A stretch of DNA of 64,000 bases from Eledone cirrhosa (GCA_964016885.1 OZ024756.1:868001-932000), one strand, 5' to 3'. Counted from the stretch's first letter, positions 37,143 through 52,972 are shown. Notes: generated from the letters alone by a model not told the origin. Made by a program: numbers and translations.

Positions 37143-39180
37143 GTATTTTAAGCTGTGAGTTGACAGCTATATGCCAATAGTTGCTAAGGAAGCTGTGATA
37201 TGTTCACAGTATTTTAAGCTGTGAGTTGACAGCTATATGCCAATAGTCACTGAGGAAGCTGTGATATGTTCACAGTATTTTAAGCTGTGAGTTGACAGCT
37301 ATATGGCAATAGTTACTGAGGAAGCTGTGATATGTTCACAGTATTTTAAGCTGTGAGTTGACAGCTATATGGCAATAGTTACTGAGGAAGCTGTGATATG
37401 TTCACAGTATTTTAAGCTGTGAGTTGACAGCTATATGGCAATAGTTACTGAGGAAGCTGTGATATGTTCACAGTATTTTAAGCTGTGAGTTGACAGCTAT
37501 ATGCTAATAGTTGCTAAGGAAGCTGTGATATGTTCACAGTATTTTAAGCTGTGAGTTGACAGCTATATGGCAATAGTTACTGAGGAAGCTGTGATATGTT
37601 CACAGTATTTTAAGTTGTGAGTTGACAGCTATATGCCAATAGTTACTGAGGAAGCTGTGATATGTTCACAGTATTTTAAGCTGTGAGTTGACAGCTATAT
37701 GCCAATAGTTGCTAAGGAAGCTGTGATATGTTCACAGTATTTTAAGCTGTGAGTTGACAGCTATATGGCAATAGTTACTGAGGAAGCTGTGATATGTTCA
37801 CAGTATTTTAAGCTGTGAGTTGACAGCTATATGGCAATAGTTACTGAGGAAGCTGTGATATGTTCACAGTATTTTAAGCTGAGTTGACAGCTATATGCCA
37901 ATAGTCACTGAGGAAGCTGTGATATGTTCACAGTATTTTAAGCTGTGAGTTGACAGCTATATGGCAATAGTTACTGAGGAAGCTGTGATATGTTCACAGT
38001 ATTTTAAGTTGTGAGTTGACAGCTATATGCCAATAGTTACTGAGGAAGCTGTGATATGTTCACAGTATTTTAAGCTGTGAGTTGACAGCTATATGGCAAT
38101 AGTTACTGAGGAAGCTGTGATATGTTCACAGTATTTTAAGCTGTGAGTTGACAGCTATATGCCAATAGTTGCTAAGGAAGCTGTGATATGTTCACAGTAT
38201 TTTAAGCTGTGAGTTGACAGCTATATGGCAATAGTTACTGAGGAAGCTGTGATATGTTCACAGTATTTTAAGCTGTGAGTTGACAGCTATATGGCAATAG
38301 TTACTGAGGAAGCTGTGATATGTTCACAGTATTTTAAGCTGAGTTGACAGCTATATGCCAATAGTTGCTAAGGAAGCTGTGATATGTTCATAGTATTTTA
38401 AGCTGTGAGTTGACAGCTATATGGCAATAGTTACTGAGGAAGCTGTGATATGTTCACAGTATTTTAAGCTGTGAGTTGACAGCTATATGCCAATAGTCAC
38501 TGAGGAAGCTGTGATATGTTCACAGTATTTTAAGCTGTGAGTTGACAGCTATATGGCAATAGTTACTGAGGAAGCTGTGATATGTTCACAGTATTTTAAG
38601 CTGTGAGTTGACAGCTATATGGCAATAGTTACTGAGGAAGCTGTGATATGTTCACAGTATTTTAAGTTGTGAGTTGACAGCTATATGCCAATAGTCACTG
38701 AGGAAGCTGTGATATGTTCACAGTATTTTAAGCTGTGAGTTGACAGCTATATGGCAATAGTTACTGAGGAAGCTGTGATATGTTCACAGTATTTTAAGCT
38801 GAGTTGACAGCTATATGCCAATAGTTGCTAAGGAAGCTGTGATATGTTCATAGTATTTTAAGCTGTGAGTTGACAGCTATATGCCAATAGTCACTGAGGA
38901 AGCTGTGATATGTTCACAGTATTTTAAGCTGTGAGTTGACAGCTATATGGCAATAGTTACTGAGGAAGATGTGATATGTTCACAGTATTTTAAGCTGAGT
39001 TGACAGCTATATGCCAATAGTTGCTAAGGAAGCTGTGATATGTTCATAGTATTTTAAGCTGTGAAGTGACAGCTAGCTGGACAAACTTGCACTGTATGCC
39101 AATAAGCTATGGTCACTGAGGTATCTGTGATGTGATCACAGTATTTCAAGCTGTGACTTAGCTGGGCAAACTTGTACTGT
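37143..39180. repeat. 66-bp satellite (~29 copies plus degenerate end)
   Basis: Unit gtattttaagctgtgagttgacagctatatggcaatagttactgaggaagctgtgatatgttcaca. Confidence 0.97.
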
Positions 39181-39584
39181 ATGCCAATAAGCTATCACCA
39201 AAAATATGTTATTAGCTAAATCTTTATAGAAGCAACTAATTTCCATGCCTCAATACTGAGTAAGTATCACTGATGGGTTAACAATGCCCAAAATACATGT
39301 ATACAGCATTCTTACATGGTTAACTGAGGTAGCTGGGACATGATCACTGTTTAAAATACCCCCTAGTAAGACTTTATTATTGTACATATATATATTGTAT
39401 GTTTCTTTGTAAACTGCAATTTTGAATCCTGGTGTGTTTACCCCCTCCCCTACTTTCTCTTACTCCCTACCTATCTAATTTAAACATCTCACTCTTTTCT
39501 CCTCTTCCTCCCCCTCCTCTTCTTACAACAGATGTTAGTGTTTGTTAGTTGAAGCAAAGTGTTATAGGTGTAATAGGAATGATG

Positions 39585-41925
39585 GTGACTGGCTATAGTG
39601 GTGGTGGTGGTGGTGATGGTTGTAGTGGTGGTGCTGGCTATAGTGGTGATGGTTGATGGTTGTAGTGGTGGTGCTGGCTATAGTGGTGATGGTTGTAGTG
39701 GTGGTGCTGGCTATAGTGGTGATGGTTGTAGTGGTGGTGCTGGCTATAGTGGTGATGGTTGTAGTGGTGGTGCTGGCTATAGTGGTGATGGTTGATGGTT
39801 GTAGTGGTGGTGGTGGCTATAGTGGTGGTGGTGATGGTTGATGGTTGTAGTGGCTATAGTGGTGGTGGTGATGGTTGTAGTGGTGGTGCTGGCTATAGTG
39901 GTGGTGGTGATGGTTGTAGTGGTGGTGGCTATAGTGGTGATGGTTGATGGTTGTAGTGGCTATAGTGGTGGTGGTGATGGTTGTAGTGGTGGTGCTGGCT
40001 ATAGTGGTGGTGGTGATGGTTGTAGTGGTGGTGGCTATAGTGGTGATGGTTGATGGTTGTAGTGGCTATAGTGGTGGTGGTGATGGTGGTGGTGATAGTT
40101 GATGGTTGTAGTGACTATAGTGGTGATTGTAGTGGTGGTGGTGGTGGCTGTAGTGGTGATGACGACTATAGTGGTGGTGGTGGTGACTGGCTATAGTGGT
40201 GATGGTGATGGTGGTGATGGCTATAGTAGTGACGGTGGCTGTAGTAGTGGTGGTGATGATAGGTATAGTGGTGATGATGATGGCTGTAGTGGTGGTGGCT
40301 ATAGTGGTGGTGGTGATGGCTATAGTAGTGGTGGTGATGGCTGTAGTAGTAGTGGTGATGGTTGTAGTGGTGGTGATGGCTATAGTAGTGGTGGTGATGG
40401 TTGTAGTGGTGGTGATGGCTGTAGTAGTAGTGCTGATGGTTGTAGTGGTGATGGCTATAGTAGTGGTGGTGATGGTTGTAGTGGTGATGGCTATAGTAGT
40501 GGTGGTGATGGTTGTAGTGGTGGTGGTGATGGTTGTAGTGGTGATGGCTATAGTAGTGGTGGTGATGGTTGTGGTGGTGATGGTTGTAGTGGTGGTGGTG
40601 ATGGCTATAGTAGTGGTGGTGATGGTTGTAGTGGTGGTGATGGTTGTAGTAGTGGTGGTGATGGCTATAGTAGTGGTGGTGATGGCTGTAGTGGTGATGG
40701 CTATAGTAGTGGTGGTGATGGTTGTAGTAGTGGTGGTGATGGCTGTAGTGGTGATGGCTATAGTAGTGGTGGTGATGGCTATAGTAGTGGTGGTGATGGT
40801 TGTAGTAGTGGTGGTGATGGTTGTAGTGGTGATGGCTATAGTAGTGGTGGTGATGGTTGTAGTGGTGGTGGTGATGGTTGTAGTGGTGGTGGCTATAGTA
40901 GTGGTGGTGGTGATGGTTGTAGTGGTGATGGCTATAGTAGTGGTAGTGATGGCTATAGTAGTGGTGGTGATGGTTGTAGTGGTGGTGGTGATGGCTGTAG
41001 TGGTGATGGCTATAGTAGTGGTGGTGATGGCTATAGTAGTGGTGGTGATGGCTATAGTGGTGGTGATGGTTGTAGTAGTGGTGGTGATGGCTGTAGTGGT
41101 GGTGATGGCTATAGTAGTGGTGGTGATGGTTGTAGTGGTGGTGATGGTTGTAGTGGTGATGGCTATAGTAGTGGTGGTGATGGCTGTAGTAGTGGTGGTG
41201 ATGGCTATAGTAGTAGTGGTGATGGTTGTAGTGGTGATGGCTGTAGTAGTGGTGGTGATGGTTGTAGTGGTGATGGCTATAGTAGTGGTGGTGATGGTTG
41301 TAGTAGTGGTGGTGATGGCTGTAGTGGTGATGGCTATAGTAGTGGTGGTGATGGCTATAGTAGTGGTGGTGGCTGTAGTAGTAGTGGTGGTGATGGTTGT
41401 AGTGGTGGTGGTGATGGTTGTAGTGGTGGTGATGGCTATAGTAGTGGTGGTGATGGTTGTAGTGGTGGTGGTGATGGTTGTAGTGGTGGTGGCTATAGTA
41501 GTGGTGGTGATGGCTATAGTAGTGGTGGTGATGGTTGTAGTAGTGGTGGTGATGGCTATAGTAGTGGTGGTGGCTGTAGTAGTGGTGGTGATGGCTATAG
41601 TAGTGGTGGTGATGGTTGTAGTGGTGGTGATGGCTATAGTAGTGGTGGTGATGGCTATAGTAGTGGTGGTGATGGCTGTAGTAGTGGTGGTGATGGCTAT
41701 AGTAGTGGTGGTGGCTATAGTAGTGGTGGTGGCTGTAGTAGTGGTGGTGATGGCTATAGTAGTGGTGGTGATGGTTGTAGTGGTGGTGATGGTTGTAGTG
41801 GTGGTGGTGATGGTTGTAGTGGTGGTGGCTATAGTAGTGGTGGTGATGGTTGTAGTAGTGGTGGTGATGGCTATAGTAGTGGTGGTGATGGCTGTAGTAG
41901 TGGTGGTGATGGCTATAGCTATAGT
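39585..41925. repeat. Triplet-based compound minisatellite (ggt/gat/agt/ggctat/tgt)
   Basis: Shuffled 15-24-bp modules such as ggtggtgatggctatagtagt and ggtgatggttgtagt. Confidence 0.9.
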
Positions 41926-41939
41926 GATGTTGAAGATGG

Positions 41940-44900
41940 TTATGTTAATGATGATGATGATGTCTAGTGTGGTGATGATGATGACTGTTTATAGTGATAG
42001 TGATGACTTAGTTATGTTAATGATGATGATGTCTAGTGTGGTGATGATGATGACAATGTCTATAGTGATAGTGATGACATAGTTATGTTGATGATGATGA
42101 TGTCTAGTGTGGTGATGATGATGACAATGTCTATAGTGATAGTGATGACTTAGTTATGTTGATGATGATGATGTCTAGTGTGGTGATGCTAACAATGTCT
42201 ATAGTGATAGTGATGACATAGTTATGTTGATGATGATGATGTCTAGTGTGGTGATGATGATGACAATGTCTATAGTGATAGTGATGACTTAGTTATGTTA
42301 ATGATGATGATGATGTCTAGTGTGGTGATGATGATGACAATGTCTATAGTGATAGTGATGACTTAGTTATGTTAATGATGATGATGATGTCTAGTGTGGT
42401 GATGATGATGACACTGTCTATAGTGATAGTGATGACTTAGTTATGTTGATGATGATGTCTAGTGTGGTGATGATGATGACACTGTCTATAGTGATAGTGA
42501 TGACTTAGTTATGTTAATGATGATGATGTCTAGTGTGGTGATGATGATGACAATGTCTATAGTGATAGTGATGACATAGTTATGTTGATGATGATGATGT
42601 CTAGTGTGGTGATGATGATGACAATGTCTATAGTGATAGTGATGACTTAGTTATGTTGATGATGATGATGTCTAGTGTGGTGATGATGATGACGATGTCT
42701 ATAGTGATAGTGATGACTTAGTTATGATGATGATGATGTCTAGTGTGGTGATGATGATGACGATGTCTATAGTGATAGTGATGACTTAGTTATGTTAATG
42801 ATGATGATGATGTCTAGTGTGGTGATGATGATGACAATGTCTATAGTGATAGTGATGACTTAGTTATGTTAATGATGATGATGATGTCTAGTGTGGTGAT
42901 GATGATGACAATGTCTATAGTGATAGTGATGACTTAGTAATGTTGATGATGATGATGTCTAGTGTGGTGATGATGATGACGATGTCTATAGTGATAGTGA
43001 TGACTTAGTTATGATGATGATGATGTCTAGTGTGGTGATGATGATGACGATGTCTATAGTGATAGTGATGACTTAGTTATGTTGATGATGATGATGTCTA
43101 GTGTGGTGATGATGATGACACTGTCTATAGTGATAGTGATGACTTAGTTATGTTGATGATGATGTCTAGTGTGGTGATGATGATGACACTGTCTATAGTG
43201 ATAGTGATGACTTAGTTATGTTGATGATGATGATGTCTAGTGTGGTGATGATGATGACAATGTCTATAGTGATAGTGATGACTTAGTTATGTTGATGATG
43301 ATGTCTAGTGTGGTGATGATGATGACACTGTCTATAGTGATAGTGATGACTTAGTTATGTTGATGATGATGATGTCTAGTGTGGTGATGATGATGACAAT
43401 GTCTATAGTGATAGTGATGACTTAGTTATGTTGATGATGTCTAGTGTGGTGATGATGATGACAATGTCTATAGTGATAGTGATGACTTAGTTATGTTGAT
43501 GATGATGATGTCTAGTGTGGTGATGATGATGACATTGTCTATAGTGATAGTGATGACTTAGTTATGTTGATGATGATGTCTAGTGTGGTGATGATGATGA
43601 CACTGTCTATAGTGATAGTGATGACTTAGTTATGTTGATGATGATGTCTAGTGTGGTGATGATGATGACAATGTCTATAGTGATAGTGATGACTTAGTTA
43701 TGTTGATGATGATGTCTAGTGTGGTGATGATGATGACAATGTCTATAGTGATAGTGATGACTTAGTTATGTTGATGATGATGATGTCTAGTGTGGTGATG
43801 ATGATGACAATGTCTATAGTGATAGTGATGACTTAGTTATGTTGATGATGATGTCTAGTGTGGTGATGATGATGTCTAGTGTGGTGATGATGATGTCTAG
43901 TGTGGTGATGATGATGACACTGTCTATAGTGATAGTGATGACTTAGTTATGTTGATGATGATGTCTAGTGTGGTGATGATGATGACAGTGTCTATAGTGA
44001 TAGTGATGACTTAGTTATGTTGATGATGATGTCTAGTGTGGTGATGATGATGACAATGTCTATAGTGATAGTGATGACTTAGTTATGTTGATGATGATGT
44101 CTAGTGTGGTGATGATGATGACAATGTCTATAGTGATAGTGATGACTTAGTTATGTTGATGATGATGTCTAGTGTGGTGATGATGATGACAATGTCTATA
44201 GTGATAGTGATGACTTAGTTATGTTGATGATGATGTCTAGTGTGGTGATGATGATGACAATGTCTATAGTGATAGTGATGACTTAGTAATGTTGATGATG
44301 ATGATGTCTAGTGTGGTGATGATGATGACACTGTCTATAGTGATAGTGATGACTTAGTAATGTTGATGATGATGTCTAGTGTGGTGATGATGATGACACT
44401 GTCTATAGTGATAGTGATGACTTAGTTATGTTGATGATGATGTCTAGTGTGGTGATGATGATGACAATGTCTATAGTGATAGTGATGACTTAGTTATGTT
44501 GATGATGATGTCTAGTGTGGTGATGATGATGACAATGTCTATAGTGATAGTGATGACTTAGTTATGTTGATGATGATGTCTAGTGTGGTGATGATGACAA
44601 TGTCTATAGTGATAGTGACGACTTAGTTATGTTAATGATGATGATGTCTAGTGTGGTGATGATGATGACAATGTCTATAGTGATAGTGATGACTTAGTTA
44701 TGTTGATGGTGATGTCTAGTGTGGTGATGATGATGACAATGTCTATAGTGATAGTGATGACTTAGTTATGTTGATGATGATGTCTAGTGTGGTGATGATG
44801 ATGACAATGTCTATAGTGATAGTGATGACTTAGTTATGTTGATGATGATGTCTAGTGTGGTGATGATGATGACAATGTCTATAGTGATAGTGATGACTTA

Positions 44901-45110
44901 GTTATGTTGATGATGATGTCTAGTGTGGTGATGATGATGACAATGTCTATAGTGATGGTGATGACTTAGTTATGTTGATGATGATGTCTAGTGTGGTGAT
45001 GATGATGACACTGTCTATACTGATAGTGATGACTTAGTTATGTTGATGATGATGTCTAGTGTGGTGATGATGATGACAATGTCTATAGTGATAGTGATGA
45101 CTTAGTTATC
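41940..45110. repeat. ~68-bp satellite (~46 copies) with variable (GAT)n
   Basis: Unit gatgatgatgtctagtgtggtgatgatgatgacaatgtctatagtgatagtgatgacttagttatgtt. Confidence 0.97.
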
Positions 45111-45561
45111 AGTCATCTGTCGGCCATCTTAGGGAGTTGAACAAGTGTAAGAAATCTGATTCTGTAACATGTTAGTTTACTGAATGATACTCTGTACTGA
45201 GTGAACTGGTGGTGGTGGTGGTGGCGGTGGTGGTGGCGGTGGTGGTGGTGGTGGTGATGGTTGAGGTGGTGGTGGTGGTGGTGGTGGAGTTAGTGGTGGT
45301 TGTGGTGGTGGCGGTGGTGATGGGGGTGGTTGTGGTGGTGGTGGTGGTGGTGATGGTTGTGGTGGTGGCGGTGGTGGTGGTGGTGATGGTGATGGTTGTG
45401 GTGGTGGTGGTGGCGGTGGTGGTGGTGGCGGTGGTGGTTGTGGTGGTGGAGTTAGTGGTGGTGGCGGTGGTGGTGGTGGTGGCGGTGGTTGTGGCGGTGG
45501 TGGTGTTAGTGGTTGTGGTGGTGATGGTGGTTGGGGTGGTGGTTTATATACATATATATAT

Positions 45562-45595
<34 letters not shown>

Positions 45596-45647
45596 GTATG
45601 TATTATATATGTATTTATATATATATATATATTCATATATATATATC

Positions 45648-45680
<33 letters not shown>

Positions 45681-45767
45681 GTATATACATGCATATATAT
45701 ATATATGTGTATATATATACATATATATATATATATGTGTGTGTATACAGGCATATATATATATGTC

Positions 45768-45814
<47 letters not shown>

Positions 45815-45877
45815 GTATGTATATATATATATGTGTGTGTATACAGGCATATATATATATGTCTATATATGCATATA

Positions 45878-45927
<50 letters not shown>

Positions 45928-45977
45928 GATGTATATATATATATATATAAAATTGTATATATATATATATATAAATG

Positions 45978-46009
<32 letters not shown>

Positions 46010-46282
46010 CATATATATATGTATATATATACATATATATGTATATATATATAAATATATATGTATATATATATATATATAAATATATATATATTTATAT
46101 AAATATATATGTATATAAATATATATGTATATATATACATATATATGTATGTATATATATATATATATAAATATATATGTATATATATACATATGTATAT
46201 ATATATGTATATATATATACATATGTATATATATATGTATATATATATATACACATATATATATATATGTATATATATATAC

Positions 46283-46354
<72 letters not shown>

Positions 46355-46375
46355 GTATATATACATATGTGTATA

Positions 46376-46422
<47 letters not shown>

Positions 46423-46503
46423 GTATATATATACATATATATGTATATATATATATATATGTATATATATATGTGTATATATATACATATGTATATATAT
46501 ATG

Positions 46504-46534
<31 letters not shown>

Positions 46535-46548
46535 GTATATATATATAC

Positions 46549-46612
<64 letters not shown>

Positions 46613-46735
46613 GTATATATAAATATATATGTATATATATATATATATAAATATATATATATATATTTATATAAATATATATGTATATATATACATATAT
46701 ATGTATATATATATATATATATGTATATATATGTG

Positions 46736-46774
<39 letters not shown>

Positions 46775-46795
46775 GTATATATATACATATATATG

Positions 46796-46826
<31 letters not shown>

Positions 46827-46829
46827 GTG

Positions 46830-46910
<81 letters not shown>

Positions 46911-47003
46911 GTATATATACATATATATATATATGTATATATATATATATGTATATATATATGTATATATATGTATATATACATATATATATGTATATAT
47001 ATA

Positions 47004-47036
<33 letters not shown>

Positions 47037-47043
47037 GTATATA

Positions 47044-47078
<35 letters not shown>

Positions 47079-47234
47079 ATATACATATATATATGTATAT
47101 GTATATATATATGTATATGTATATGTATATATATATATATATGTATATGTATATGTATATATATATGTATATATATATGTATATATATATATATATGTAT
47201 ATATATATGTATATATATATATGTATATGTATAT

Positions 47235-47290
<56 letters not shown>

Positions 47291-47476
47291 GTATATGTAT
47301 ATATATATATATGTATATATATATATGTATATATGTATATGTATATATATATATGTATATATATATGTATATATGTATATGATATATATATATGTATATG
47401 TATATATATGTATATATGTATATGTATATATATGTATATATGTATATGTATATATATATATGTATATATGTATATG

Positions 47477-47562
<86 letters not shown>

Positions 47563-47673
47563 ATATGTATATATATATATATATATATGTATATGTATAT
47601 ATATATATGTATATATATGTATATATATATGTATATATATGTATAGATATATGTATATATATATATGTATATG

Positions 47674-47705
<32 letters not shown>

Positions 47706-47723
47706 TGTATAAATATATATATG

Positions 47724-47754
<31 letters not shown>

Positions 47755-47755
47755 G

Positions 47756-47824
<69 letters not shown>

Positions 47825-47830
47825 GTATAA

Positions 47831-47861
<31 letters not shown>

Positions 47862-47865
47862 TATA

Positions 47866-48023
47866 CATGGACACACTAGAAGAGGAAGACCAAGGTTAAC
47901 ATATGTTGATGCCCTAAGGACAGACACTGGTCTGTTGGAGATGCAGGATATGGCAGCGATAATGAGGGACAGAGACCGCTGGAGAGAACTCGTCCATGGA
48001 TCTCGGGAATTTTACCCGCCTTA
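47866..48023 (+). mobile_element. RTE LINE extreme 3' fragment inserted in (TA)n
   Basis: Translates [43 protein letters not shown] (RTE C-terminal RGRP...DR..WR). Confidence 0.85.
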
Positions 48024-48104
48024 GATAGAGAGATATATATACATATGTATATATATATATATATATATATACATATGTATATATAAGTATATATATATAT
48101 ATAC

Positions 48105-48216
<112 letters not shown>

Positions 48217-48343
48217 GTATATATATATATATATATATACATATGTATATATATATATATATATATACATATGTATATATATATATATACATATGTATAT
48301 ATATATATATATATATACATATGTATATATATATATACATATG

Positions 48344-48386
<43 letters not shown>

Positions 48387-48408
48387 ATATGTATATATAT
48401 ATATATAC

Positions 48409-48444
<36 letters not shown>

Positions 48445-48465
48445 GTATATATATATATACATATG

Positions 48466-48510
<45 letters not shown>

Positions 48511-48564
48511 CGTTTCTGAATTTGTTTAGCAAGATTCTTTATCTGAAATCGTGTGTTGAAACCG

Positions 48565-48751
<187 letters not shown>

Positions 48752-48755
48752 ATAC

Positions 48756-48794
<39 letters not shown>

Positions 48795-48887
48795 TACATA
48801 TATATATATATATACACATATATATATATATATACATATACACATATATATATATATATACACATATATATATATATACATATACAC

Positions 48888-48940
<53 letters not shown>

Positions 48941-49050
48941 TGTATATGTATATATATATATATGTATATGTATATATATATATTATATATATATATATAT
49001 GTATATATATATGTATATATCTATATGTATATATATATTATACATATATG

Positions 49051-49085
<35 letters not shown>

Positions 49086-49545
49086 GTATATATATATTAT
49101 ATATATATGTATATGTATATATATATGTATGTATATATATGTATATATATATATGTATATGTATATATATATTATAAATATATATATATGTATATATATA
49201 TATATTATATGTATATATATATTATATATATAGTATATGTATATATATATTATATATATATGTATATGTACATATATATTATATATATATATATATACAT
49301 ATATATTTATATATATATATTATATATATATTTATATATATATATATTATATTTATATATATATGTATATATACATATATATTTATATATATATATTATA
49401 TATATGTATATGTATATATATATTATATATATATATATATATATATGTATATGTATATATATATTATATGTATATGTATATTATATATATATGTATATGT
49501 ACATATATATTATATATATATGTATATATACATATATATTTATAT

Positions 49546-49609
<64 letters not shown>

Positions 49610-49627
49610 GTATATGTATATATATAT

Positions 49628-50830
49628 GTCACAAACTACACGGACTCGGCATAACTGGAAAAGTAGGTGAGTGGCTGCATGGCTTCCTAAGGGACAGAAG
49701 CCAGGCAGTCGCAGCAAATGGGGCCCTCTCGAGGGAAATACCGATAACAAGTGGGGTGCCCCAGGGGACAGTCCTGGGACCACTACTGTTTTTGGTGGCT
49801 CTCTCGGACATGCCCTCTGTGGTGCATGCAACAACATCCCTCACTAGCTATGCTGATGACACTAAGGTAGCACAGGCAATCAAAAACCCGGCTGACGTTG
49901 CCCTTTTACAGCAGGATCTGGATGCCATATACAGATGGGCGGAAGAAAACAACATGCAGTTTAATGCTGGCAAATTACAAGCCCTACAATACAAACCTGC
50001 AAACACAAATATAGTGGAACACAGCTACACAGGACCAGGAGGGACCGATATCCCCGTGTCAAAATCGATACGAGACCTGGGCATAGACATGAGCGATGAT
50101 GCATCTTTTTCTTCACACATCATGAAAGTGGCGACAACATGCAGAAGACTCGCTGGCTGGATCTTGAGGACTTTCCGGAGAAGAGATCGAGACACCATGT
50201 TGACACTGTGGAGGACTTTTGTCCTAAGCCGCCTGGACTACTGCTCCCAGTTGTGGTCACCCCATAGTGTCAAACCACGGAGCTTGAGGCAATCCAGCGA
50301 AGCTACACCAAGAGGATTGCCAAGATGAGGGAGACAAGCTACTGGGAGAGGCTAAAGGAACTGAACCTCTGCTCCTTGGAACGAAGACTGGAGAGATACG
50401 CAGTGATCTACATGTTGAAAATCCTGGAGGGACTAGCACCAAACTTTGGCATTGGGAGCTGGACCAAGCGTCGAACAGAACGTCACTGTGTGGTGCCAAA
50501 GGTCCCGTCTTCCACATCTAGAATAAGGAGAAGGTATTGCAATAGCCTGGGATTCAAGGGCCCTCAACTCTTCAACAGGCTGCCGAGGCATCTGAGAGAC
50601 TTGAATGACGTGGAGGTGGATGTCTTTAAGAAACATCTCGACACCTTGTTATCCAGGATCCCGGATGAGCCCACAGCAAGACACGAGGGAAACCTAAGGG
50701 CAGCAGTAACAAACTCCCCCTTACACCAGTGGCCAACCTCTACAGGCTGGAGATAAAATGTGTAGCAACAAGGGCGGTGCCCCAGCATGGCCTCAGCCAG
50801 ATGGCTGAAACAGGTAAAAGAGTAAAAGAG
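49628..50830 (+). mobile_element. 5'-truncated CR1/L2-group LINE (RT C-terminal half plus 3' UTR)
   Basis: [41 protein letters not shown] and YWERLKELNLCSLERR. Frameshift near 50275, 3' tail gtaaaagagtaaaagag, flanked by (TA)n. Confidence 0.93.
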
Positions 50831-51336
50831 TATATATACATATATATTTATATATATATATGTATATGTATATATACATATGTATATATACATATATATT
50901 TATATATATATATATGTATATGTATATATACATATATATTTATATATATATATGTATATGTATATATACATATATATTTATATATATATGTATATGCATA
51001 TGTATATATACATATATATTTATATATATATATATGTATATACATATATATATGTATATGTAATAGTAAGGATACTATTTATAGTTATGTATATTTTAAA
51101 CTATAAACAGTGAAGGTCAGTAATTTATTACTACCTTATTACCAGTAAGATAAATAGCTCAATGTAATAACATCAGTTCTTCTACAGAGCAGTTATATAG
51201 AATTCACAAGAATCAAAGCTATGTCAAAGCAATTGTTTCTTCCAAACCTATATACCTGTACACCAATATATATATATGTATCTGTATGTCTCCTGCGTTG
51301 GATAGGAGGTCATGTAAGTGTACAAACATTGAAAAA

Positions 51337-51383
51337 TGCTCCGAAGACACCAAGACTAGGTTTGGATGAAACAATTGTAAGTG
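51337..51383 (+). ncRNA. Putative minimal hammerhead ribozyme
   Basis: tgct-CCGAAGA-caccaagac tag gtttggat-GAAAC AATT GTA|agtg. Palindromic stem III CAATTG, GUA site, short stem I, U4C core variant. Confidence 0.5.
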
Positions 51384-51689
51384 AATAAATGCTTTGAACA
51401 TAGCTTTGATTCTTGTGAATTCTATATGTATATGTATATACACATGTATATGTATATACATATACATATGTATATACATATGTATATTTATATACATATT
51501 TATATGTATATGTATATACATGTATATATATATGTATATACATGTATAAACATATATGTATATACATATATATGTAATACATATTCATATATATATATAT
51601 ATATGTATATACATATAAATGTATATACATATATATGTATATACATATATACATATATATGTATATACAAATATGTATATACATATATC

Positions 51690-51742
<53 letters not shown>

Positions 51743-52074
51743 GTATATACATATATGTATACAGACGTACAGTAGTATGTATATATACATACATGCACAC
51801 ACATATATATATATATATGCACGTATGGATTCACCGAACATTTATTATAATGCTCGGTTTCTTTGTAAACAAATATCCCGAATTAAGCCGTACAGTGTTT
51901 AGCAACCATCGTTGCCCTTTTGTTCAAGAAGAAACGGTGTACTTGACGAAGAAACGGTGTACTTGTTTCAAGCTTATTAGCTATTTGTGTCTCTCCTTTG
52001 TACTGTCCTATGCCATCTTGTTTTGGCGTAGGACATAACAAATGAGAAGCACAAAACAAAGAGAAGAATCCCCA

Positions 52075-52117
52075 GTCACTGAAGAGGCCACAGAATGTGT
52101 GACGAAAGAACTTTGAC
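52075..52117 (+). ncRNA. Possible minimal hammerhead ribozyme
   Basis: gtca-CTGAAGA-ggccaca gaa tgtgtgac-GAAAG AA CTT|tgac. 4-bp stem I and imperfect stem II. Confidence 0.35.
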
Positions 52118-52940
52118 AATATATGAACAACCGTCCGGTTGTGGAACCAACCAACCAACCAAGCGGAATTTATAAATTCTTAAATTTATAAATTTAATTT
52201 ATAATAAATTATAATAAATCTCGTGCGTGTGTTTATTATTGGCAACATGACCCTCCCAAAGCATAACATTATCGGTTTCAACACACGTTTTCAGATAAAG
52301 TATCTTGCTAAACAAATTCAGAAACGAAATATATGTATATATATATATATTTATATATGCATGTATATACATATATATATGTATATATATACAGATATGT
52401 ATATATGCATGTATATACATATATATATATATATGTATATATATATACATATATATATATATATGCATGTATATACATATATATATATGTATATATATAC
52501 ATATATATTTATGCATGTATATACATATATATATGCATGTATATACATATATATATATATGCATGTATATATATATATACATATATATATATATGCATGT
52601 ATATATATACATATATATATATATATATGCATGTATATATGTATATATATATATATATGTATATATATGCATGTATATATACATATATATATATGCATGT
52701 ATATATATATATATGCATGTATATATATATATATATGCATGCATATATATATATGCATGTATATATATATGCATGTATATATATATATATATGTATGCAT
52801 TTATATACATATATATATATATGCATGTATATATATATATATATGTATGCATTTATATACATATATATATATATGTTTGTATATATACATATATATATAT
52901 ATGTTTGTATATATATATATACATATATATATGTATGTAC

Positions 52941-52972
<32 letters not shown>

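Noticed and set aside
40099-41967. 622-aa Gly/Ser/Asp/Cys/Tyr-rich ORF resembling a structural protein
   Set aside because: Built wholly from triplet microsatellite modules. An overlapping frame is equally open (poly-Val), there is no signal peptide or clear splice context, and it grades into non-coding satellite.
18106-45110. Regularly spaced repeats as possible CRISPR arrays
   Set aside because: Units are contiguous tandem copies with no unique spacers, there are no cas genes, and the context is eukaryotic.
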